From NCBI GenBank assembly GCA_965285935.1, contig OZ260662.1:93372001-93436000 (forward strand): a DNA stretch of 64,000 nucleotides, given 5' to 3'. A model generated the notes under the pieces. That model made no database searches, had not been told where the DNA came from, and worked only from the letters and a program-made list of their open reading frames with translations. The DNA is from Ophelia neglecta (Eukaryota). A program made the position numbers and the translations under genes. The stretch's first letter is position 1, and the number at the start of each line of letters is the position of its first letter. Below, piece after piece: positions 1 through 10,700 of this stretch.

Positions 1-2399
1 TACGGTAACGCTACTCACGCCCATGTACCACGATCGAATAAAATGGATTTGGATACTAACATAAAAACGCATTTTTGAACTAAAAATTTCTTCATGAACT
101 TGAAATATAGTATGCGATCCCACTTTTCTAATTCTAATAAGCTAGTCTATTTGTGATATCTTAAAAATTTATTTAGCTGTGCTCGAAAAGCGACAATTGT
201 AAGTGAAATGTGTTGCCAGTAATGTACGGGATGAAAATGTAGAACAATAAGTGGTCGTATCAAATGATATCGTCCAAAATGTTCTTGCTTGGTGATAATA
301 TTGCCTAAATTATAAAGAAGGGATGTTAAACACTTTTCCACCAGGCTTTATAATCTTAATTCTTGTCTTTTTTTCAGCAAAAAATAGTTCATTTACGATT
401 TTACACATAATGTTTTCCCTTTTTTTGCTCCTCCAAAGATTTATTTTAAATCCTTAGTGCTAAAAGTATTCCTTTTTTTTATGTGTCTCAAGCAGAAACC
501 ACCCCCTCTAAACAGTAAACGGGTTGACCTGTCACTATACGTAACATTATCGAAAAGAAAAAATGCTTCAGGTTTTGCAACGAAATGCTATACTGCTATG
601 TAGAAGTCCTTTTCATATGCTAGCCGGGAACCTGGGGCACTGCCTTTGGCAGTTATACTACTGTTTGAGGCATAAGGGGCCGACCATTTGATTATGTAGG
701 GGGGGGGGGGACACATTTAGAAAAAAAAGTTTGTTGGCCAGGTCTGGCAAAAAAAAAAAAATATTGTCACACTACTTGACAAAAAAAAATGTTTGTCTTG
801 CACATTGTGAAAAATCCACGAAAAAGAAATGGCTACACTAAAAACTAACCATAACGCCATTTTCCGCCTGCCAGCTCAGATCTTTCTTGTCTCCTGTGGG
901 CTATCGCACCTTGCGGGTGTCGTAATCTGGCCTATTGGCACTATTATTCTTCATACATCGCCTTTACAGCCATTAATGCATAAAACATGACATAGTGAGG
1001 ACAGGGAGGACTCAAAAGTGTGAGAAATGGCGATAGATTAGCAAGAACACTTGATGGGAAACTGACCATCAGCCCCGGAGGATCGCTCCATCTAGGGGGT
1101 TGGCGGCAACAGACTTGCTCATAAATGGATAAACAAGACAAGTTTTCGCCACTGAATGCTAAAATGGGTTTAACGACAAATAAGTGTGACGTGGGCACGG
1201 CTTTGGGCATATAGGCCTAGAGGCGATATTTACTTTGCTTTTTTCGTTTGTTTACATGCACTACATTGTTAATGCTTCGTATATGTAATTCTTAGGGGTC
1301 GGTTATACTTTATTAAGGTAAGATTAGAGACTAGTTGATTAAGCATGTGGTCATGTATCAAATTCCTTACTCTTAGTAAATGATATTTTTCACCGGACAT
1401 GAATTTGTTTAGGGTAATTGTTGTAATCAAATATATAAAAATCTACTCTAGAGAATAAAATTAATAAGACATTAATGGTGACGTCACCAGGAAAATGCCC
1501 CAAACAACACACAGTGCATATATTCAAGAGATATTTATAGAATATTATGACAGTAGAAGCTTCTAACGATTCATTATCAATAATGGAGTTTGTCATATGC
1601 ATGATCAAAGGTAGCTACACAGCTGCTCTGACCCCCTATAAATAATAACACACACAATTGGTATCACTATTTAATGGCCAAACAACACTCGGAAGAAGCC
1701 CCTACAGATTTATTATCAGATGATGGAGTCTCAACTCATGGAAGTGGTAAAATTCATGTATATATTAATTTAATCAAACTTATGGAGCTATCCTGGGTAA
1801 CCAAACATCGATAATAGCATACAAATGATGGTGCAGCTATGAAACTACACATGGTGTGTAGCAGAATTTACTACCTATGCATTAACAGATAATTAAATCT
1901 CCACTACTGGAAGTTGGCTGTTCATCAAACATGAACCTCGACTTTGTCCCGACCTTCCTGCGGTCTCGGGAAATAGTTCACCAGACACTTCCCTCGGGAC
2001 AAATAGTTTGGCCTAGTTCCCCAATTCACAATAATCATATAAGGTCTGGGAAAATGTTTCACGGGACACCTCCTTCGGGACCAATAGTTTGTCTTAGTTT
2101 CCAAGGTCAAGGTCCATATTTGTCAACGTGTGGCGAAGTCGGCGTGATCACCGGTATAGCAGCAATGGAGAATTTGCTTCTACATTGTAGACAATTGCTA
2201 CGTTTTTTTTCTACCTTTTTTCATTATTCTGAATAAACATACCTTTAATTATTTATACCCTGCTAACATATACAGTAATTGTATAAAACCAATAAAAGGA
2301 AGGGAGATCATTCTTCTTAGTAACATTAATTTCTTCATGACAGAAATATAATGTTATCATCGCTCGGTTTGGCAAGAGCTTTTAGCTTTCCGAAAATCA

Positions 2400-2930
2400 G
2401 GCTTTTTTAGCTCAGATTTGAAGTGCAAAGCCTGAAGTAGATCATAAAATAGATATATATAGTAGAGCAGATAATAGAAAAATCGTGGAAATGATGATAC
2501 AAGCATGAAATTTGGCATGCACATTCAGAAAAATATTCCAAGAAAAACTGGTCGATGGGCCATCTCAATTTTTCCTTGGTTGCCATGGTAACGGGAATCA
2601 AAGTTCAGAAATGACACTTGCTGGCTAAATTGGGCCTAAGGAAAAAACAAATTTGATGATAAATTATTTTATTGGCTAAAATGAATCTGCATCAAGTCTG
2701 TTTGTAACCAGCAAGAGACATTTGCAATCGGGCTCTTTGTTACTATGGTAACCATCCTGAATATACTTAAAAGAAGTAAAATTTACGGCATTTTTTCATC
2801 ATTTTGCTGAATAAGTAAAAAACAAGAAAAAATGTTAACAGAGAGTGATTATATGAAATATAGCTGAGGAAATGACCTTTCAGATGGTATATGACCCGAT
2901 GGATTCGGTTGAGAGAATACCATGGTAACG
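2400..2930. repeat. Decayed interspersed repeat with three spaced GTTxCCATGGTAAC-type palindromes
   Basis: GTTGCCATGGTAAC 2579-2592, GTTACTATGGTAAC 2739-2752, AATACCATGGTAAC 2916-2929. TTTTAGCTCA (~2404) and ATGAAATTTGG motifs resemble Helentron-associated repeats of marine invertebrates. Confidence 0.4.
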
Positions 2931-4282
2931 TCTGTCATATTTAGTGTAACCAGTGAGAGAATGTACATTTCACAGCTGAGGTGATTATAAGAAATATTGC
3001 ATACGGTAAATGCACCGAGTAAAGAAGAATAATAAAATAAAAACTAGTCACAAGATATATAATATATATACAGTATTTTATACTATACCGGAAATAGATA
3101 ATAGATCGTATAAAAAAGTTCAAGATAGCTTAGCCATAGAATGATTACTTAGTCGATATTTGGTAACATGCCAATATAGAATTTTACTCGTCCGTTACTC
3201 TAATCTGGAACAAATCCAGTTGGCGTTTTTTTCTGACAGTCATATATGTATAAATATAAAACAAGCTTGCACAAAGACAACGATATATCTGCTTGTGGGA
3301 TATAGAAATTGTGGAAACAAAGATTACCAAAGGATTGTGTTTGTTCAATTGTTGGATATAGCCATCCACAGAAATCAGTTGTCCTTCTGTTGGTTTTAAG
3401 AATATTTTGTATTGGCATTAACCAAATAGCCCGAGGCTAATCTAGTGGCCTCTCACTCTTTTTTGGAGGGAACCTAAATTCTCCGTCACATTTAAGAGAT
3501 GTTCAAAGAAATCGATCAGTGTCACACTGTTTACTGACGTTTACTGAAGGAAGCAGTGCTATGCGGATAGTATGAAAATGACGTTTTGTTCTTACGTTTG
3601 TTTCCATCATAAATCCGGCCACACAGCCGTCTTTTAGCAGCCAGTCTGATGGAGATATCAGGCCTTGTCAAATAAGAATGCGGCGGAATGTATCAACTAC
3701 CAGCGATAAAGGTCTCCTCGCGAAAAGGTGCGCACACATTGAGCGAGTTAATTCGAATGTTTCATCACCGACCGGGAAAAAACTCACAACCGCGTTGTAA
3801 GCAAACAAGGAATAACTAGCCTTAATTTGAGGAGGAGATGAAAAGTGCTTTCCTGATTTATAACCTGGCTTCCATGATTATCTTTGCCACGAAGTAGCTG
3901 GTTCTCTTAAATCTGGAATCAGTTAAGCTTCAGGGGAAAAACAAACTGCCGTGTAACTGGTTTCGATGTTACACCCTCTTTGGTTATCTGAGCAACCTGA
4001 GCTCCAGGCACCTTTATATTTGGACAAAGGGCAGACGACGGAGGACATCATAAGGCATAAGCATTTGTGCCACCAAAGGCGCACTACAGGATGTTTTAAC
4101 TTTCATTAAACACAAACCTACTTGGAAATATATAACTATAGCTTTAAAGGTTTGCCGCCAACAGGGATTATAGATTCTATGTCTGAGAAGGCCTTTCGGC
4201 TTAAAGTCTAATCTTCTACAGAAATAATGATTAAATAGCCGCTGGATGAAATCCTCCTTAGGGTGATTGCATTTGTATTCCC

Positions 4283-4289
4283 TATAAAG
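4283..4289 (+). promoter_or_regulatory. Candidate TATA box of the CCN gene
   Basis: TATAAAG 200 nt upstream of the proposed ATG, at the start of a CpG-richer patch. Motif match only. Confidence 0.3.
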
Positions 4290-4482
4290 AAGGTGGCAGA
4301 TGAAAGCACATGGCTATGGTCTTCGGCACCTTGCAAAGCTTGCGGGCTGTGATTTAATCTGGTCGGATGCTTCGGACGTGAATCATCATTTTAGGCGAAA
4401 GGCCGGTATACAGGCGTCTCCCGCACAATAGTCGGGCCTGTAAGACGAGAGTCGGTCAACAAGAATCTGGGTGATATGGAAT

Positions 4483-4719
4483 ATGCTTTGGTGGCTGCCC
4501 TACATTGTGCTTTCCTGTGAGTTATCGCCCAGGACGAGAGTTCCGGACGAGGGGCACACACAGCGCGATGCTGCCCCCAGACAGGGTTTGCCTCGGCGCA
4601 ACAAAATCACTTGCGACGACCTCATCTCAACCCTCAATATCAGTGTCGGCCCGCCCGCGTTAGACCGCGATGCTGCCGATGATGAACGGAAGAAGATGGA
4701 CATTGCCAAACTAGAGCTG
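4483..4719 (+). CDS. CCN: CCN putative coding exon 1 (hydrophobic leader plus N-terminal extension)
   Basis: MLWWLPYIVLSCELSP...ERKKMDIAKLEL ends at phase-0 donor CTG|gtaggc (4720), matching the phase-0 IGFBP acceptor; GC-rich and coding-like. Exact start uncertain (alternative: ATG 4476 plus a 64-nt intron 4517-4580 gives MEYALVAALHCAFLQGLPRR in the same downstream frame). Confidence 0.55.
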
Positions 4720-7700
4720 GTAGGCGCAAGTTTTCTTGCACTTCCGTGGCTTTAAAATTGCCGACAGGAATAAATAATGCGCTGCATCCAGGAAGTAACT
4801 AGCCTTACGGACAGTTTTTGGATCAAAATACTTTATCCAAACTCTACATTTATGGCTGTTGGAAATAAACGCATGAATGTATTGTATTTTTTTTCTCGAT
4901 ACAACGAATCTTGGAAGTTATAGTAAAATGGGAATCAACTCCATAAGAGATGTTCGGGCCCTCATTTCTTAAATCAAAGGGAGCATCGACGTCTCAAATA
5001 GGGAGTTCTCATAAAGCTGCCCCCCCCCCCCCCCCCGACAATTGCAAACCTCGCTCGTCTGTTCCATAGTCACTGCCTTCATTGTATTGTTACCAACTGA
5101 CTGTAGTCACGATATTTTATTTAACGTTAATTATCCCCAGGTTAATGGAGGTCATAGAATAAATAGAAAATGTTAGATATTCGAGTAAGATTTACTTGTG
5201 TATCAATAAAATAACAGTCTATAGGAGTTCACACGTTAAATTTTATAACAGACTATCTGAGCACACAGAAATCTATGACAGACTATGTGAGTTCACATGA
5301 TAAAGTACAATTCCGTTTTGGCTGTAGGAGACCTGGGTTAAATAAATGTTATACAAGTAAGGGCCCAACCTCACGTAGAGAAGTTCGTTAATAACATGAG
5401 GCATATGAAACATGTCAAAAAAGCTGGAAAATCATCTATGGATCTGTACTATACCGTTTACAGTTGGGCTTGATTCCGGTTGCGCCATACTGGTTCCGGA
5501 CTGGGAAAATGGAAAACGCCAAAGGGTAAAATTTGCAACGGTTGCTGACCGTACCACGCTGTGACGTTGGTGGTGCGTGGCGTTGCTTATCTGGCGCCGC
5601 TTCGCGAGATAAGCACAGAGATAAGCTCAGAATCGTGTCAATATGATATGAAGTGGGTAGCATAACATTTACATGACTACCAATTCAAACACGTGTATCG
5701 TTTTTGAACAAAATTCAGTCGATGGAATTGTCTAACATTTCCTCCACGAGGTTTATTAAATTTAATTTAATTTGTATCGTTTCAGATAAATGAGCAATGT
5801 CATTACCCATGCAAATGCCAGTATCTGTCTGTTTCCTGTAAAGGAGGAGTTACTGTCCTAAAAGATGGCTGCGACTGTTGCTACATGTGTTCCCGTCAAC
5901 AGGGTGATTTGTGCGACCATAAGGCTATATGTGACGAACATAAAGGACTTTACTGCGATTTTAAGTTAGATGGTGGCCTAAAGGGATACTGTCGAGGTAG
6001 GGGACAATTTATCTAATCATATTTTTTTTTCCGTACAAGTTGAGAAATTGTCTGGCTTGCATATCGTTTTATTAGGGCACTTCCTCTGTCTAATGCTGTC
6101 GGATTCTGTTGACTTGTATATCAGGTTACGCACCAAAAAGGTTAGTCCCCAATGCAGACATGACAGCGTGTCATGGATGTCTAGAAAAGATTGAGTAGCT
6201 ATTTTGGAAAGCGTTCCAACAGTAACATCAGAAATCTTCCATTGCTTAGAAGATTGGTTCTATACATAACTTTCGACTAACCTGTTAGTGCTGGATGATC
6301 TTCTTTTTACCTCCTTATTATTGACAAATTTCAGCCAAAGCTGCCGAACCTTGTGAAGTCGACGGAAAAACATACAAAGACGGTGAACAATTTAAGCCAA
6401 ACTGCAGCCTGCTGTGCACGTGCCAAAACGGACAACACGCCTGCTCGTCCTTGTGCCCACAGGAAGATAGGCCGCCATCTAGCGTCCATTGTAAGGAGGC
6501 CCGACTTGTATCTATCACTGGAAGGTGCTGTAAGGAATGGGTTTGCCCTCATGCGCACAGTTTACCAGGAATTGACGAAGTATTCTCAACTACTAGTTAG
6601 TGTTCTGCCTTAATTTGTTTCATATTTAGAATATTTATTAAAATGTGGAACGTGTTACTATGTCTCCCCAGAGACAACTCATTTTTACCCTTTCCTCGTT
6701 CTTGTCCCGCATCCGGAAGTGTAACTTGATTACACTATTCCTCAAGTTTGACAAGTGATACCTTATTGGGTGTGCATGCGGCGGGACCTTTGACTAGAAC
6801 TTCGCCTTCTTTACAAGGCCACCGCCTCTGTAATTGTATTTTTAAGTCAATGCCAGACGTGTCCCGACGCAGGTGAGGAGATGGCGTTGGGCATGTGGTA
6901 CCATACAAGATTGCCTGTTGGATCAATGCCAAAAATAATGAAATTAATTATTTAACAAAAGCAATTTAACACATAAGAAGAAGAAAGAAGAAAAACCTTG
7001 AAAAAATACCTTTAATTAAGATTTCTTTTCCTTTTTTTTTATGGAGATGAATTATCTGACACCTACGCTCACCTTTCTGCTCGCCACCAATGCCGTAGCT
7101 AGGGTCCTAATTTCGATAGTTTAGAGGAGAAAAATCTCGTTTTAAGTATGGAAGTGGCATAGGCACGTAGCTAATCTAATGTGGTACTTTGACCCCCCAC
7201 CCCCCCACCAAAAAAGAAAAACTTTATAAAAGCCAAATTGTGCGTTCAGAGCAACTTTTGTTCTTCCTTGAAACTTGAATATTTTTGGCTTAATACTAGG
7301 CAATATTTGTAAGATGTTTATTTTGTGGATTTTTCTTCAAACAACAGCAAAACTTCTCACATATTTGAAGACTTTCAAAGCATTGAGTGAAAAAGGACAT
7401 TTTTTGAACTGTGTCCAATATTATAGGCCGGAAAAGTCAATACGAACACGTTAACAACAAGATTTTTGTATGGAAATTTCACCACAACTGAGGATAAAAG
7501 ATTACTAAAACTGTAGGCATAATGTACACAGCTAACAGGGGAAGAGATTTATTCAAATGGCAGAAATGACGGTTGAGTTCCAACAATTTGGAATACCCCT
7601 AGGTTTTACCACGGTGACAGCTTCTTTTCGATTCCGTGTAATTTTTTGTCTACCATAATGGTGCGACATGATCCAGCCTTCTAAGAATGAACGCTCTCAA

Positions 7701-10700
7701 GAACACGAGCCAACAATCAGAGCAAGCCGGAGTTCTTAAATTGATGCGACATGAAATAAATGTTCATGGCAGGTACAGAAAGCGTCCCGGAGCAAAAGTA
7801 AATTTGCAAAGTCGTTTTTTCATAAAAATCTATCATGTGACACTCTCAGCGCTGCCGTTTCTTATGGGAGCACAGCATCACATAGGGTAAAATGGTAACA
7901 AGACGTATAACATTCGAAGCTAATAAAGCATAGGTAAAACAGAAAAATGTAATGAATGTAATCTCCTGTCTTTAAGTTACCAGTACGTATCTGTATAGAA
8001 GAATCAATCTGAAAATAATGCCCTATAGGCGTACGCCAATCTTATAAAATATTTTTAAAACTTTCATTAAAACTATCTATGATAAGAAGTGATACGGTAA
8101 ACCATTCCAAAAGTGTGGATCCTAGGACATATATGACTGCCTAGTCAGTTCACATCGAGGAAATATGCCAATAATTTCATGCTTTGCTAGTCCGTTTTAA
8201 TCTAAAGTAATTTTCAGACAGAAATGATAATGAATCACTTAGTAAAACAGGAGCTAGATCATTTAAACACTTAATTGTGAGAAGATTATTGAAATAATCT
8301 CGACGCTGTTGTCGTGAAGTGTTTAAACCAAGTTGCTTTATGAATTTGGACGAAAAGATGTTACGATCAAAATTATTTAGAATTAGATGCACCGCTCTGT
8401 TTTGCAGGCGCTGCACTTTGTTCAAAATCCCCATACATTGGATTTTAATTTGTTATAAATATAATGGCCATATCTACGCGTTCAGCCTAATATAAGGCAT
8501 AAATAAACTTATTCAGAGCAGCATGAGATCAAACATGTCTACATTCAACACTGTTGAAAAGTAAGTGGATTACCTGACAAACGTACTTGTAATATAGAAC
8601 TGAGTGTTTTTGTTTTCCCTTCGCCACGATATGTGGAAGGAGCAGTGTTTTGCCGCTGAAAAAAATGGCCTGAAGACAATGTTGTCTGTATCCTCCCTGG
8701 GCTATTCCTCTGCGTCTAAATGCAATTTATTGAAACAATGTACTATATTCTCGGACGTGTACATTTCAGGCTAAAATTCTGTGAATGTAGCTATATCAGT
8801 TGGTGCTGATAATAGAAATTAGGTTTCTAATTTGCAGTTGTGGAGTAGTACATGTTTTTAACTCCTTTAACGATTTTCAAAGCAAAGATGAAAGTGCGTT
8901 TCTTTCCCATATGACGCATCGGACTCTTTTTATGGCTGTTAACAAGACGTGTTGAAAAATTACTAAACCATCTATGATGCCTTATACAAGCATTCCTTTA
9001 GGTTCTACCGTTTGATACTTCTGGCTTATTCGGACATCACTTACCTGTTCAAAAAAGTGGCACACTTCTTGCCCCTAGCAACTGTCTGTGTGCCTCGCCC
9101 TTATAACTTACGAGTGCCTTTGTTATTTGCATATAATTTTAGATAAACTTGAAAAACCGAATAACTTATGTACTTTGAGATATTTGCCTAGAGGTTAAGA
9201 TTGATATGTATTCTGAGACACGGGATTGGGTTAAGCAATGCCAAACCATGACACTTATTACAAGAGAAGACTTAACTTTAGCATCCAAACATATTTGTAT
9301 GTTAATAATTTATCTTCACAAATTTATCTCTGGAATTAATTCGTTTTAACTTCTTTCGAATGTAGCGACAGGCCTCGTGAATATTCCTCAATGCAAGAAA
9401 GAGACCACTGCGTGGAGCGTATGCTCAGTGACCTGTGGAATGGGTGTCTCAATTAGGGTCACCAACGACAATGAAAAATGTCAGCCGGAGCAACAACAGA
9501 GACTCTGTCTTGTTCGGCCCTGCGAGTCAAAATACGATCATTTGGTAGGTATTCAAGGAAATAAGAAGCTTTCGAGTAAGCTAATGCAATAGAGGTTGTT
9601 TTTAGCAGTTGTTTGTGCTGACTTGGCAAAGTTGGCATTATCGCATACTAGAAATAAGGCACTATTAATTTTACATTTACCCAGGTTTTGCAAAGTGTGC
9701 AATCGTGCATTTTTGAAATAAAGATGCTGTATAAGCTTAAAGTTGAAACGCATATTTTTTATGTTTTAAATGTGCTAAAGCTACTTAGTAAAATTGAGAC
9801 TACCTATAAACAGAACATGGTTATTTATGCATTCTACTAACAAATAAAGCGTGTTCTTTATGGAGCACGATGTTTTAATAACAAAGCACGTAGCCGTTTG
9901 TAAATGTATGCATGCATTGGCAAAAAACAAACAAATGTGTTTCTCTACAAGTTAACATACTGCACCTGTTTGAATGTTTAACTGTTACCCATCACTAACT
10001 TCCTTACACTACCTAAATGCCCTCTTCGTCCGTAACAACCCTATGTTCTGTTTCTGTGTTCATTAATGCACAATCGCAACCTGTCCAACCGCCTCACCTT
10101 TTGCTTGGCGAGGACGCATGCATTGGGTGATTTTATTTGTTTTGTTTACAGAGGGGAAAGCGATGTAAGAATACGTGGAGACAGAATACACCCAAACGGT
10201 TACAATACAGAGGATGCGTCAGCATCAAAGAATATAAACCAAAATATTATAGCACCTGCAAACAGTCCCGTTGTTGCCAACCCGATTTAACAAAAACCTT
10301 AGAAATAGAGATGAAATGTGAAAATGATAAAGTAGAAATGATGAATCTTATGTGGATCAAAAGCTGCAGTTGTACTCACGACTGTCCAGTTGAAGGTTCG
10401 GGTGACGCTAATTCGGGCTAGGGAGGCCGTAAGCATTGAAACAGGCATCGCCTTCGCCAGGATATTTACCATTATACGAACCAATCCTACAAGCGTTGTC
10501 GTGAATGTGCTATGGCACAAAAGCTACCGGAGCTATTGCCTTTCCAATCATTGGAGAACTGAAAACTGGTAACTGAAGTGCATTTTTCTCAGATATTAGA
10601 TGGTTGAGGATAGAAAAGACCATAATTCTGGCATCGGTGTTACAGGCATATTGGTATGGTGACAAGTTGGGGATGGCTTTGTATAAACGGCGAAAGTGAA

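Noticed and set aside
673-790. Poly-G/poly-A tracts (also ~5020, 32534-32682, 55596) as G-quadruplex elements
   Set aside because: Probably termini of decayed non-autonomous DNA transposons; no matching TIR pair or TSD could be established.
6318-6613. Track ORFs 6318-6518, 6331-6558 and 6353-6613
   Set aside because: Off-frame or antisense shadows of the VWC exon.
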